IMG/VR virus record: IMGVR_UViG_3300032270_000355
Reading direction: 5' to 3' (one strand)
From: an uncultured virus (IMG/VR IMGVR_UViG_3300032270_000355)
Lineage: Duplodnaviria > Heunggongvirae > Uroviricota > Caudoviricetes
Length of the DNA stretch: 64,000 nucleotides
Both the position numbers and the translations under genes were made by a program. Of this stretch, positions 19,030 to 29,271 are shown piece by piece. Each line of letters opens with the position of its first letter. Positions within the stretch are counted from its first letter, which is position 1. The notes under the pieces were generated by a model that saw nothing but the letters and a program-made list of their open reading frames with translations, made no database searches and had not been told where the DNA came from.

Positions 19030-19573
19030 CGTATGCTATCCACTTAGGTGGTTGGCGATTTTTCCATGTAAACATTCGGGTTTTATCGCCAAGATAATAA
19101 TTGTGATATGACGCAATAGAATCTCCAGCTACTTTATATTCATCAGGCATTGCTGGAGTTGGACCAGTAAATGGACCAATTGGTATATTTCTAGGGAAGT
19201 CATTCTTAAGTAGTTGCATTAAACGATCTCGTTCTACTTTATGAATTTTACCATATCGATGAGTATATTCCCAACAAAGTTCTTCAAGTAGTTCAGCGAG
19301 CCACATATAATTTTGATGGGCTTTCCTTACCCAAATAGCAGAGGGATGATTAATATGAGTAGCGGAATACAACATTTGCTCACGCTGATCAGAGAGAACG
19401 TATACTCTCCGTTTGCGACCAGACTTAGATAAACCATCAACAAGAATACCGTCAAGAACACGATGGGCAGTAGAAAGTAGTTGAGCATATTCAAGTATCA
19501 TCTTTACGCAATGTTTATCAACGTGCATTTCTGCACAGGCACGAGGGTTACTATCAAGATAAAAGATATTCAT
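19025..19573 (-). CDS. Pyrimidine-dimer DNA glycosylase-family (DenV-like) protein
   Basis: MNIFYLD..HVDKHCVKMILEYAQLLSTAH..THINHPSAIW..EYTHRYGKIH..AMPDEYK. Confidence 0.8.
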   Translation of the reverse strand: MNIFYLDSNPRACAEMHVDKHCVKMILEYAQLLSTAHRVLDGILVDGLSKSGRKRRVYVLSDQREQMLYSATHINHPSAIWVRKAHQNYMWLAELLEELCWEYTHRYGKIHKVERDRLMQLLKNDFPRNIPIGPFTGPTPAMPDEYKVAGDSIASYHNYYLGDKTRMFTWKNRQPPKWIAYV

Positions 19574-19989
19574 GATTTATGTTTAGTCAAATAAGTAATG
19601 GCATTTTGTAATCTTTGGATATTATCATTAAAATTACCAAGACCAAGATTACACTTCCTACACAGCCATCCTCTAAAGGTTAATGTTTGGTGATCATGGT
19701 CGCATACCCATGGAGAAACAGTTTTAGTGACATGCTGTATTGTTTCATTTAATTCTTCAGCAGAACATCCGCATATCTCACAACAGTGACCATCTTCTGG
19801 TGGAGGTGCAGTTTTCTTTACAGCATTTGCACCTTTACGATATTCTGCATCACATTCTTTGCACCAAGATCTAAGTTTATTACCACCACTATCATTACCA
19901 AACGCACTTAACGGTAATGACACTTTGCAACAATTACAAGTTTTGTGTTGTTCAATAATAGGGTCACCATAGATATCTAAATTGACCAT
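19570..19989 (-). CDS. Endonuclease VII-domain nuclease
   Basis: CEICG..DHDHQTLTFRGWLCRKCNLGLG plus N-terminal Zn finger. Confidence 0.85.
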   Translation of the reverse strand: MVNLDIYGDPIIEQHKTCNCCKVSLPLSAFGNDSGGNKLRSWCKECDAEYRKGANAVKKTAPPPEDGHCCEICGCSAEELNETIQHVTKTVSPWVCDHDHQTLTFRGWLCRKCNLGLGNFNDNIQRLQNAITYLTKHKS

Positions 19990-19990
19990 A

Positions 19991-20305
19991 TTACACCATG
20001 AGCATCCGAATCAAACCAAGCATATCAATAGCAACTAACAGTAAATAGTTAACGAGCATGCCAAAAGATTTCCTAGTCCAAGCAGCCCAAGCATACAAGG
20101 CACAACCAGTAATCCAAACAGGATAAAGAGCCAAAAGCGGAGGATTTGGGACTGTGACCGCCATAGTAATACTGCAACCAATACTAATAGCCCAAGCAAG
20201 CAACTCAATAGCAAAGCGAATCCTGTTAGACTTAAAATCATCTTTTATCCATTGTAAAGTCGGTGCAAAAATATCAAGCATAAGAACCCATTGAGTCGTA
20301 ACCAA
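19991..20305 (-). CDS. Small membrane protein
   Basis: Three hydrophobic segments. Confidence 0.6.
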   Translation of the reverse strand: MVTTQWVLMLDIFAPTLQWIKDDFKSNRIRFAIELLAWAISIGCSITMAVTVPNPPLLALYPVWITGCALYAWAAWTRKSFGMLVNYLLLVAIDMLGLIRMLMV

Positions 20306-20798
20306 ATTTTAAAGCACTTAATCCACGAATTCCACGAATTGTATCATGAATTTGTTGAATTGTGTCAGAAGATTTTGTGTGAAGAATGCCGTGACCACCT
20401 TTTGCATTGAATGGTGTGATGCAACCGATAGAATCATCAACTAAAATCGCACGATCATGAGCAAATTTGGCTTTTTCTTCTTTACAACGCACAAAATTGG
20501 CTTTATAAGGGATATTTTTGCTGTCCAACCACCTCATTTTTTGATATCTTGCGGCATTTCCTTGTTCTGCATCAAAAGTACCCATTGAAGTGAGAATTTC
20601 AATGGTAATTCCATCAAGTTTTGACACATAATTCATCAATTCTGTGGTATCTGGCATAAATTCCAGATCTTCAAAGATTTTATACTCCATTACAGCTGCA
20701 CGAAATCGTTTTCCATCAGCTGCATGCGTGCGTAGTGAGCGATATGCCTTGTCAAAGTTGCAAAGCACGCCATCCATGTCTAAGTAAAGTGTAATCAT
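20274..20798 (-). CDS. HAD-family 5'(3')-deoxyribonucleotidase
   Basis: LDMDGVL..ILTS..ILVDD. Confidence 0.85.
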   Translation of the reverse strand: MITLYLDMDGVLCNFDKAYRSLRTHAADGKRFRAAVMEYKIFEDLEFMPDTTELMNYVSKLDGITIEILTSMGTFDAEQGNAARYQKMRWLDSKNIPYKANFVRCKEEKAKFAHDRAILVDDSIGCITPFNAKGGHGILHTKSSDTIQQIHDTIRGIRGLSALKFGYDSMGSYA

Positions 20799-20804
20799 AA
20801 TGTA

Positions 20805-20833
20805 ATTATACCTGAAATTTCAATTATTGTCAA
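20805..20833 (-). promoter_or_regulatory. sigma70-type promoter, leaderless geometry
   Basis: TTGACA-N17-TATAAT; ATG at 20798 is 7 nt from the -10 box. Confidence 0.8.
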
Positions 20834-21191
20834 GGTTTTTCACAAATTTTGTCAAATTAGGTGGTTTCCAGCCTTCTGGTTTAAGAATTTTGCCATCTTC
20901 ACGACGACGCACCTTGCCAGTAAGCGGATCTACTTTCGCCATATTGCTACGAAGCACTTCATCCCATGCACCAGCAACATTATGCTGTTTCATATGACAA
21001 TATCCCAGAATTACCCAGATCATATCCATGCATGCATCAAGAGATTCTACTTCATCAGCATTATTGCATGCTTCAACAAATTCTTTATATTCTTCTTCAA
21101 TCAATTTAATGTATAATGCTGCATTATTCTCTGAAGGTTGTTGATCGCATGCTTGTTGAAACATCATGACATCAAGTGGCATTCCCATCAT
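20820..21191 (-). CDS. MazG-like/PRA-PH NTP pyrophosphohydrolase
   Basis: LIEEEYKE..DACMDMIWV..EVLRSNMAK..REDGKILKP. Confidence 0.85.
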   Translation of the reverse strand: MMGMPLDVMMFQQACDQQPSENNAALYIKLIEEEYKEFVEACNNADEVESLDACMDMIWVILGYCHMKQHNVAGAWDEVLRSNMAKVDPLTGKVRRREDGKILKPEGWKPPNLTKFVKNLDNN

Positions 21192-21523
21192 TTATTCCTC
21201 TCAGTATCAAAGTAGTGTTTAGATTTTGTTTTAATTAAATCTTGTTCGCCATACAATTCTGGATAATCTGCCATGGTTGATCCACCACCATGATCATTCC
21301 ATGTTGGTTCTTCTGTGTCAGATGGTTGACCATAATATTCTTCATCAGGAACATAGTCAAGAGTGCCAGATGGATTGAAACCGCATCCTTTAAGGAACAG
21401 GTCAACATGTTCTAGAATTTCTGGTAAATATGTACCATGAAATTCATAGTTCACTTTAGTACCATCTGGTTCTCCGTATATGTCTGTGTGTTCAGATATC
21501 AGTGTGAATTTCGGCATTATCAA
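21188..21523 (-). CDS. Hypothetical protein
   Basis: Operon ORF. Confidence 0.55.
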   Translation of the reverse strand: MIMPKFTLISEHTDIYGEPDGTKVNYEFHGTYLPEILEHVDLFLKGCGFNPSGTLDYVPDEEYYGQPSDTEEPTWNDHGGGSTMADYPELYGEQDLIKTKSKHYFDTERNK

Positions 21524-21686
21524 TTTCCTTTTTAGTTAATGTCCATGAGCCATTGCCCATATCTTCCCAAATTAGCGTGTCGCCAAGATCCCATCCAACC
21601 TGACGTAACATATCAGGTGTGAATGGCATAATCAGATCTCCTGTTGCGGGATCTTCTTCAAGTGTAATTGTCCAATGATTATTCAT
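21492..21686 (-). CDS. AbrB/MazE-like small protein
   Basis: GDLIMPFTPDMLRQVGWDLGDTLIW pattern. Confidence 0.6.
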   Translation of the reverse strand: MNNHWTITLEEDPATGDLIMPFTPDMLRQVGWDLGDTLIWEDMGNGSWTLTKKEIDNAEIHTDI

Positions 21687-22014
21687 AATTTATCTCTAAC
21701 CAATTTGTTTCTTCTGGAAGAATTTCAATAGTGGCACCAATCGATGCAGCCTTATCAATCATATTCTGAAGAACACCACTACCATAAAAATTTGTTCCAT
21801 AAGAATCTTCATGGCATTCATAGATAGAACCAGAACTACCCTCAAAGGAATAAGCATATCCTTCAAGAGTAGCCTTGGTAATACCACTGTTTAGTTTCCA
21901 AGAATCAGAACCTGCATATCCACCATACCAACAAGCAAACACTTTATGAATTGGTGGATATTTGTCAGAGGTGATTTTAACAATCACCCACTTGTCTGGT
22001 CTGTAATCACTCAT
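21679..22014 (-). CDS. Hypothetical phage protein
   Basis: WYGGYAGSDSWKLNSGI..GSSGSIYEC. Confidence 0.65.
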   Translation of the reverse strand: MSDYRPDKWVIVKITSDKYPPIHKVFACWYGGYAGSDSWKLNSGITKATLEGYAYSFEGSSGSIYECHEDSYGTNFYGSGVLQNMIDKAASIGATIEILPEETNWLEINYE

Positions 22015-22901
22015 ACTTCAACTACCTTTAGTTCAAATCGATCAGCACGATCTTCGTAGTTGATATAACCACGAGGATTGCAAACAACACGAGTGCTACC
22101 AATCATATAATCAAAGTCTTCATGAGTATGACCATGAGTCCACAATTTAATTCCTGGACGAGTAAGAATAAAATCTTCAAGTCTAGAATTGTAAGCACCA
22201 TTCATCAATTGATCATGCTTGTAACGTGGATGCTCTGAACCTTTGCTTGGAGCATGATGACCAACAACAACCATTGTCATCCATGGAGGAGTGACTTTGT
22301 ATGTTTCATCAATCAGATTCAACATTGCTTTATGGTCTTCAACAGCATCCTGTGGAGACAAAGTTGCTGGACGAGTCTTGAATTTAACTTTCTTTTTATC
22401 AGCAGCATCAGCATCAAATACTCTGTAGTTAACCATTCGATTACTGTTTTCGCAAATCTGAAAGTCATTCATACGACGAGACACATGATTCATGGTCATC
22501 TCATCTTCACCATTCATATCAGTCCAGAGTGTTCCACCGACAAAACGATAGTCACCATGATCCCAAACTTGTTTTTCAAGAAAGTGCACATTGTCTAAAC
22601 TATGATCTTTTAACATAGTACGAATTTTGCTTGCACTAGTGGCGTAATCACCATGGTAGTGCTCATGATTACCCATAACATAAACAACATGGGGAAACTG
22701 GAATGAGCAACGCTTAAAGAAGTCGATAAATCTTTGACTCTTAGCACCTTCTAAGAAGTTGTGTGGATCTGGTTTGCCAAGATCAGCAGTAACCATGATG
22801 TCACCACTAAGCACAAGCACTTCCGCACCCTCAGTGTTTTGTAACATGAGGTCACCGAATTCTAAATGTACATCAGAACAAATTGCTATTTTCATATTCA
22901 T
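22011..22901 (-). CDS. Calcineurin-like metallophosphoesterase
   Basis: SDVHLE..GD..GNHEHY..HHAP..HGHTH..NPRGY. Confidence 0.9.
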   Translation of the reverse strand: MNMKIAICSDVHLEFGDLMLQNTEGAEVLVLSGDIMVTADLGKPDPHNFLEGAKSQRFIDFFKRCSFQFPHVVYVMGNHEHYHGDYATSASKIRTMLKDHSLDNVHFLEKQVWDHGDYRFVGGTLWTDMNGEDEMTMNHVSRRMNDFQICENSNRMVNYRVFDADAADKKKVKFKTRPATLSPQDAVEDHKAMLNLIDETYKVTPPWMTMVVVGHHAPSKGSEHPRYKHDQLMNGAYNSRLEDFILTRPGIKLWTHGHTHEDFDYMIGSTRVVCNPRGYINYEDRADRFELKVVEV

Positions 22902-23491
22902 TTCTCAGTTAAGTGCAACCATCCAGTTGCTATAATTTTTTCTTCATTCGGAGCAACAATGCCCCTATGTGTATGTGTCCAGTCTGCTGGCCAGATCACT
23001 GTTAAACCCTTTTCTGCTTTTAATGCAGTTTCACCACGCACTTCACGTTGGTGGGCAAATTCTGTTCCACCACCTTCTGCTACATCATTCAGATAAGTCA
23101 TAAACACTAAGTGTCTATTGCAATTTGGTTCACTTGCTTTAGATCTTTCAAAGTGCCAAGTTTTAAATCCACCACCAGCAGGATACTTTTGGATATTCAT
23201 ACCCTCTACTGGCAGAACACCAGTCACACCAGATGTTTTCCATTTTTCCATGTATAACGCAACACATTCTTGTAATGCATTGGCATATTGCATTTGCATT
23301 AATTCATCGATGTTTAAATGTAAATCAGTCGAGTGTTTAATAGAATGATCTACCTCACCTGACTTGGTCACACCATCTTCCCACTTATGTTGATTCGAAT
23401 TGTAATAGTCAACTAGCATATCGCAAAGTGCTGGATCAATGTACCAGCCCATTACAAATATATTTTCTTTATTTACAATATGTTCTTTCAT
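22898..23491 (-). CDS. 2OG-Fe(II) oxygenase
   Basis: WHFE..MTYLNDV..GGTEF..WPADWTHTHRG. Confidence 0.9.
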   Translation of the reverse strand: MKEHIVNKENIFVMGWYIDPALCDMLVDYYNSNQHKWEDGVTKSGEVDHSIKHSTDLHLNIDELMQMQYANALQECVALYMEKWKTSGVTGVLPVEGMNIQKYPAGGGFKTWHFERSKASEPNCNRHLVFMTYLNDVAEGGGTEFAHQREVRGETALKAEKGLTVIWPADWTHTHRGIVAPNEEKIIATGWLHLTEK

Positions 23492-23497
23492 ACCTAT

Positions 23498-23526
23498 ATT
23501 ATACCCCAGATCCGAATAAAAGACAA
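23498..23526 (-). promoter_or_regulatory. sigma70-type promoter, leaderless geometry
   Basis: TTGTCT-N17-TATAAT; ATG at 23491 is 7 nt from the -10 box. Confidence 0.75.
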
Positions 23527-23529
23527 GAA

Positions 23530-24030
23530 CTATTTTAAGAAAATTTGGATAGATGCACGAATTGCACCGACTGGAATAATTGGAGTTACTGTGTGATATA
23601 CTCCACCAGTTTGTATAACCATCATATTATATTCTGGAATCAATCCTTTAATTTGGTCATCTTCTCTATAAAGAAATAAACCACCATCATCTTGACCCCA
23701 AACATCATTTAGATAAATTGTAATTCCTGCTTCATAGTTTTGATCAGTGTGCCATGGGATATAAGATCCACGTGTCCAGTAAAAGAACATCATTTTGACT
23801 TCTTTAACTGATGGAATTTCAGATCTAGTTTTTAAGTCTTCTAGTATTCTTTGATACAGTTCAGAATCATCTGGTATATCATTAATCAATACAGGAGAAC
23901 TTTCCTGCACTAATTCATATCCCCATCCAAAATTAGTTCTAAGATTTTTACCACGAAATTGTTCCTGTGAGTGCTTCACACACTCTAAGATTAAATCATT
24001 GGATAAAGCATTCTTAATTGTGTAGATCAT
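23530..24030 (-). CDS. 2OG-Fe(II) oxygenase (prolyl-hydroxylase-like)
   Basis: WHTD..TIYLNDVW..GGLF..HTVTP..RASIQIF. Confidence 0.85.
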   Translation of the reverse strand: MIYTIKNALSNDLILECVKHSQEQFRGKNLRTNFGWGYELVQESSPVLINDIPDDSELYQRILEDLKTRSEIPSVKEVKMMFFYWTRGSYIPWHTDQNYEAGITIYLNDVWGQDDGGLFLYREDDQIKGLIPEYNMMVIQTGGVYHTVTPIIPVGAIRASIQIFLK

Positions 24031-24298
24031 TTTCTTTTCTCTCTTTATAATACTTGAACAACTTAACACAATGAGCAAATTGAATTGGATCATGATCTGG
24101 ATTCGGCAGTTCACCGAACCACTCTAGCATTTCTTCATACATCTTAATTACTTCTTCGTTGGTCATAGTATGGATTGTGTGGGTTTCTTATTGGAATCTG
24201 TACTGGAAACGAACCCACTGCTGTATCCAAACTGATGTTGACATTATATGTATAAGTCGTGCATCCAGAGATTAACACAACGAGAACCAGCAATAATT

Positions 24299-24616
24299 TC
24301 ATGGGAGGTAAATTTTTCCATCGTTCTGCTCGACTTCAATGCCACGAACAATCATATCAGGCATATCGTCAATCCAGACATGGATGTTAATATTGTTGGC
24401 ATACATGTATGCACGCTTTCCTTGCATCGCAGTGAAGTAACAATTCTGACGACCAACCATCTGGCCAATCGAACCAAGCACTTCTTCATCGTTGGGGTTT
24501 GCACGTGCAGTGACGCAATAGACATTATGTCCATTCTTTAGTGCGAGACCAATAAAGGCATCCCACATCTGAGGATCCCTTGTATATGTGTCATCAAAGT
24601 CTATCGCTAGATTCAT
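24299..24616 (-). CDS. HAD-like small protein
   Basis: IDFDDT..VTAR..WIDDMP. Confidence 0.7.
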   Translation of the reverse strand: MNLAIDFDDTYTRDPQMWDAFIGLALKNGHNVYCVTARANPNDEEVLGSIGQMVGRQNCYFTAMQGKRAYMYANNINIHVWIDDMPDMIVRGIEVEQNDGKIYLP

Positions 24617-24618
24617 CT

Positions 24619-24948
24619 TTAATCCTTTTGTTTTGCGCTTTTCTTTCCGACTTCCAGAAAATACGCTTCCAGTCTCTCAGATGCTTCCACCATTGAGGTG
24701 CTCTTTTTATATTTCCTTGCTTTACATTCGCCATATAATTCTCCACCATAATATTCTAGGATGTAATTCATCTTTTTGATCATGAGATAATTCTTATCAA
24801 CATCCTCTGGATGTAACCACTTAGGATTTTCGCTATCCTGTGTTGCGTAGTATTCATCCAACTGATACTGTAAAAGATCTCTGTGCTCAGTTAGTGTCAA
24901 TCGTGTGATACGATCTGCCGTTTCAAAATCCATACTTAATGCGTTCAT
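24619..24948 (-). CDS. Hypothetical protein
   Basis: Operon ORF. Confidence 0.55.
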   Translation of the reverse strand: MNALSMDFETADRITRLTLTEHRDLLQYQLDEYYATQDSENPKWLHPEDVDKNYLMIKKMNYILEYYGGELYGECKARKYKKSTSMVEASERLEAYFLEVGKKSAKQKD

Positions 24949-25286
24949 CTTGATATCCTCAATTCTGCATCTGGATTATCCCAGCATGCGTTACGATACT
25001 TGTAAACAAAATTACAAAGTCCTTCATAGTCACCCCAACCATTCTCGGGATTAAACTGTTTAAATCTTTCTGGGTCGGAAAGTAAAATATTCCAACCTTC
25101 ATCCAGCAACTCAGAAATATTTCGTGCGAACAGCAAATTACACTCATCTGGTCGCCATAGCACCTGATATAGTGTCATACCATTGGACAACAAAACCTCA
25201 CCAGCCATCTTACCCAAGTTATGAGTAATGTTATTATTGTACACTGAAGTGGGTTGTGTGACCATCAAATCAACATCAAGACTCAT
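24945..25286 (-). CDS. Hypothetical phage protein
   Basis: MSLD..NITHNLGKMA..NPENGWGDYEGL. Confidence 0.65.
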   Translation of the reverse strand: MSLDVDLMVTQPTSVYNNNITHNLGKMAGEVLLSNGMTLYQVLWRPDECNLLFARNISELLDEGWNILLSDPERFKQFNPENGWGDYEGLCNFVYKYRNACWDNPDAELRISR

Positions 25287-25501
25287 TGTTTATCCTCAAT
25301 AAAATTTCTCACATAGTTCATGGCTTCTAATGCTTCTGTTTCGGTGCAACCATAAATCTCCATAATCTTTGATACTGTTAAATCAAGACACTCATCGTAA
25401 GTATGATCAATCGTGTGCGCCATACTATACCAAAGGCTAAGGCACTCACTTACATTATAGAATGCGTACCATGCAGAGCCACCCCAACGAGAGTAAGACA
25501 T
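25283..25501 (-). CDS. Hypothetical protein
   Basis: Operon ORF. Confidence 0.5.
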   Translation of the reverse strand: MSYSRWGGSAWYAFYNVSECLSLWYSMAHTIDHTYDECLDLTVSKIMEIYGCTETEALEAMNYVRNFIEDKQ

Positions 25502-25719
25502 TATTGTAGTGTCCTTTCATGATCAGCAGGTCTTTTCAATATTGCTGCATTCATGATCTTATTAAAGTCATCATGACTTTCAAATTCTTGATTCATCCTT
25601 ACCAAACGAGCAAGAATGATAGATGATAGATGTAGTGGATCTAAGTCATAATCAACAAGCATTTTACTCAATAAATCATCTATTTTTAATACAAGTGTGT
25701 TTATATCCAAGTCACTCAT
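25501..25719 (-). CDS. Hypothetical protein
   Basis: Operon ORF. Confidence 0.5.
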   Translation of the reverse strand: MSDLDINTLVLKIDDLLSKMLVDYDLDPLHLSSIILARLVRMNQEFESHDDFNKIMNAAILKRPADHERTLQ

Positions 25720-25922
25720 TTCAAATCCTTGTTCCAGTAATCATCGGTCTTGTTAAACCAAGAGTCCTGAGCAGAACCAGTGGTATCTTTCTTAAACTCA
25801 TAGTTAATCTCTGCCCACTGGTCATCGGTAAAGGTATGGGATCCATCGCACTTACCAGTGGGTGAACGACCACACCAGCATCTGGCCATGTCATCTGCAG
25901 TTATTCCATATTTTTCAGTCAT
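25716..25922 (-). CDS. CDGSH iron-sulfur domain protein
   Basis: CWCGRSPTGKCDGSH. Confidence 0.85.
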   Translation of the reverse strand: MTEKYGITADDMARCWCGRSPTGKCDGSHTFTDDQWAEINYEFKKDTTGSAQDSWFNKTDDYWNKDLK

Positions 25923-26552
25923 GATAGTTCTCTGCTAATTTGCCACTGCCAATGTGCATACAATTCTTTATATGCTCTCAATACTTCTTCGGGAAGCGAA
26001 TTACCTTTTTGCAATTCACTCTCAATTACTCTTCCAAGAGCACGTGCAAGACGTAACTCGCTTAGAGATCCAACCTGATTCACCTCAAAGTCTACCATAT
26101 ATTATCCTTTACATTTTCTTGTTAGTCAAGTATTTAACACTACCAAACCATGTTCCACTACCATAGATTCCATACCTATTTAAGTACAGGGTCACACCAA
26201 TACTTAGTGCTTGTAATCCTATTAGGGAAAGAAAGATTATTAAGGCTGTGAACACTCTATCTCTGCCATCTCTATTATCTTATGGGTAAAAGTTTGGAGA
26301 AATATAGAGAACCATAGCTGATTCAATACTTCCTGTGGTGCGCCACATTCTACTGCAAGTTCTCGTAGTGCTTCGTTCATTCTTCAACTCCAAAATGTTT
26401 TCTAATCAAATCACCCTGTGTCTTACCACCTTCAGCAAGTATCCAATCAACCTGATTAGCACATTCCTGCACAATCAACTCGGCGAACTTTATTTCTTGT
26501 GCCGTTGCTGCCGATCCATACACCTGTACTGCAAGTTCTTTAATTCGTTCGT

Positions 26553-26792
26553 TCATTTTCCAACCCCGAAATGTTCAATCACTGCGTAATTCAATTCTTT
26601 TGCAGGGTCATCCATTTTTTTATTCTCCAGGTCCATGCTTGCTTGATGTTTGATTTGAACCATCGCAATTTCACGCATTAGCAGGATAGCAAACTTTTCT
26701 AGATTGGTACGATACACTGGCGTATAACCACCATCTAACCAATGGCTCACCTCTTTAGCCTTTCTAGCCAATTCTTTAATTCGTTTGTTCAT
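26553..26792 (-). CDS. Hypothetical protein
   Basis: MNKRIKELA..EKFA..HFGV small phage family pattern. Confidence 0.55.
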   Translation of the reverse strand: MNKRIKELARKAKEVSHWLDGGYTPVYRTNLEKFAILLMREIAMVQIKHQASMDLENKKMDDPAKELNYAVIEHFGVGK

Positions 26793-26998
26793 ATAATCTT
26801 TCCGATTGTATTGTAGATCAATTCATCCAACACTGCCTGATAGTCTCTACCACATCTACGAAGGATCCAAATTTTTTCAATGAGATCATTTTTACCGTAG
26901 ACATAGTCACTATCACGAGACTTTAGTTCTTCAATAAGATCATCGGTATCAAATTCAGAGATATCGACTTCGACTTCAGTGGTAATGTACATATGCAA
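26789..26998 (-). CDS. Hypothetical protein
   Basis: EVDISEFDTDDLIEELKSR. Confidence 0.55.
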   Translation of the reverse strand: MHMYITTEVEVDISEFDTDDLIEELKSRDSDYVYGKNDLIEKIWILRRCGRDYQAVLDELIYNTIGKII

Positions 26999-27311
26999 CC
27001 TTTTAGAGTGAAAATTTTTCTCGGGAATTTTTTTCTAGGGTTTAGTTTAGAAAACCTGTAGCTATAGCCAATGCAAAAAGAATTGTACTAAAGCCAATAA
27101 CAATGAATGTGAATCTTACAGAGATAGCCATAAAGAGTGCAAGAAGTGCCCACCAATAACTTCCTGTGAAGATTAGTGTCATAGCGATTAGGAAAAGGAT
27201 TAGAGAAGTCATAGTGGCGATGATGAAAATTAGGGGTGGGGCTAGATTGCGCTCTCGGGATGAGTAGGAGTCCCTTGCAAATACAGATTTTGCAAAAGGG
27301 ATACCCCTCCC

Positions 27312-27527
27312 TCACATACGTGTTAGCTGCACATCATACACATGTTGTACCATTTTATTGTCGTAGTATCTAACAGTCGTAGCGTATCCAGCATTTTTGC
27401 CCATACACTCTAGCACATAGAACAACGCATCATTTTGCATAGTAAAATCACTGCTGTTACGATTCTTAATCGCAGTCGTGGTGGTCTTGTAAGAAACACC
27501 ATTAACAATCACACGTATCTTAGCCAT
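27312..27527 (-). CDS. Hypothetical protein
   Basis: ORF with RBS. Confidence 0.55.
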   Translation of the reverse strand: MAKIRVIVNGVSYKTTTTAIKNRNSSDFTMQNDALFYVLECMGKNAGYATTVRYYDNKMVQHVYDVQLTRM

Positions 27528-27726
27528 TGATCTTCCTTGTTCCGTAGTACATCGATGCTAATCCTACCACAGCAATAGCCAACAGTGGCAACAATTCACT
27601 ATCTGTAGCATTGTCCATGCCACCAACAGCACCAAACACTAAGAAAAATCCAACAATCACTCTAATCATAATATATCCTCTCTATACAGTACCCTCTCTA
27701 GGAACCCGTCCTAGAGAGAACCCCTC

Positions 27727-27963
27727 TTAGGCAGCAACCCTTGCTTCCATCATCTCAGACAAGATGAATTTGGCAATATTGATGTTCTTGCGTGCTTGAT
27801 CAGTTGCTTGATCGTGACCAAATGTCATCAATTCTTGCGCATCAGAGAGAACCCCCATCGCAACCATTTCCAAACCACTCAAACGAGCAGTGATGGAATT
27901 CATATATTCTTCACGAATGTCAGCTTCAGACATACCGTAGCAATTCTTTTCAAATTCAGTCAT
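27727..27963 (-). CDS. Hypothetical protein
   Basis: ORF with AAGGA RBS, followed by a hairpin. Confidence 0.6.
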   Translation of the reverse strand: MTEFEKNCYGMSEADIREEYMNSITARLSGLEMVAMGVLSDAQELMTFGHDQATDQARKNINIAKFILSEMMEARVAA

Positions 27964-27972
27964 TTTCAGTCC

Positions 27973-28230
27973 TTATTCAAATTCGTAAAATTTAACTGAG
28001 GGATCCAGCTGCTTGAGTTGACGTGCAGCAGCAGTCAATTCACGATACTTCGCCTGAACGACATTGCGTGGCAACTCACCATCACATGTAAGGTTTTCAG
28101 GGCTGAGGTCAGAATCGATGCAATCAGCAAGACGCTGGCGATCGACTGGGTTTTCCAAAGAGTACTGAGTGCTTTTGAAGATAGCATTCCACTGATTCTT
28201 CTTGGCTACATACGCATTCAACTGTTTCAT
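27973..28230 (-). CDS. Hypothetical protein
   Basis: LSPENLTCDGE motif; start at MKQLN after AAAGGA. Confidence 0.6.
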   Translation of the reverse strand: MKQLNAYVAKKNQWNAIFKSTQYSLENPVDRQRLADCIDSDLSPENLTCDGELPRNVVQAKYRELTAAARQLKQLDPSVKFYEFE

Positions 28231-28261
28231 TTCTAGTCCTTTTCTCGAGTTCATAAGGTAT

Positions 28262-28409
28262 ATTCTACAGCCATACACCATTAGAGACAAGCACTATTTG
28301 CACACTCGTAAGTTGTTGATATTACAAGGAAAATAGACCATACAGATCAAAGGGTTATCTCGATGAACCCTAACACAGTGATTATGCCCTAAGTCAAGTG
28401 TCTAGGCAA
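28262..28409 (-). promoter_or_regulatory. Tandem early promoters with IHF site
   Basis: TTGTCT-N17-TAGAAT (28290-28262); TATCAACAACTTA (28321-28309); TTGCCT-N17-CATAAT (28409-28381). Confidence 0.7.
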
Positions 28410-28439
28410 CTTTAAATTGCAATATTGCAGAGTAATACC

Positions 28440-28727
28440 TTAGTTTTCCACCTCACTCCACAGGTCACCATCCTCCACGAAACGACCAGAGCCAAGATCA
28501 ATCGGTTTCATAGGGGCAATCGGCTCAGGTGCATCGTGATTATTAATGCGCCATCGTGCTTCTTCACCACCATCAGTCGTGTTCATCCATTCCTTCTTCA
28601 CCTTGGACATCGTGGCTTTTTGCTTGTCTGGCATCGCACGTGAGTTACCGCATGAGCGAGAACAATATGGTCCACGCTTGGTGTGAATGATGCCGCATTT
28701 AGGGCAGGGCTTTGGTTTATACGCCAT
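28440..28727 (-). CDS. Small Zn-finger protein
   Basis: CPKC..YCSRSC. Confidence 0.6.
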   Translation of the reverse strand: MAYKPKPCPKCGIIHTKRGPYCSRSCGNSRAMPDKQKATMSKVKKEWMNTTDGGEEARWRINNHDAPEPIAPMKPIDLGSGRFVEDGDLWSEVEN

Positions 28728-29055
28728 CGTATCTCACTGGGCTATGATCACATAAATAGCGATTTTCGCCCACTACGATAACCATAGAGGAATCAAAGCA
28801 ATAATCACCACTAGCACGATCCATCCATACTTCGACAGCTTTGTCTCTGGGTCGTCGTCCACTCTACGAAAGTAATCATAGTCTGGATCGTATCTATATC
28901 GTTTACCTTCATAGATGAATTCTTTGGTTTCTTCGTTCATGATTTAATCCTGCGCCACACGACTTCAAAGGTTCTTGGGTTCAGCATTATCTCCCATCCT
29001 TTTGGTATTACCTCAGGGAATAGACTCATTTTACCGTTGGAGTGCTTATACATCT

Positions 29056-29271
29056 TCATAGTTTGTTTCCCCACTCATCAGTTTCCACTGCCCAGTGAGT
29101 CGTGATCCAGTCACTAATGCAAAGTTCCTCAGATATGTCCACGTAATTATTGTTTTGGATCATTTTCGTTACCCAGTAAGTGTAGTAAGACTGTAAGATC
29201 TGGTCGGTGCGCCATGTTTCTTGCACATGCTGACCAAATTCTCCAGGAAAAACGATTGTGTAGTACTTCAT
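29056..29271 (-). CDS. Hypothetical protein
   Basis: Operon ORF. Confidence 0.5.
   Translation of the reverse strand: MKYYTIVFPGEFGQHVQETWRTDQILQSYYTYWVTKMIQNNNYVDISEELCISDWITTHWAVETDEWGNKL

Noticed and set aside
19570..19989. Intron-associated homing endonuclease
   Set aside because: Flanking genes appear intact and no group I intron elements were recognised; treated as a free-standing EndoVII-domain gene
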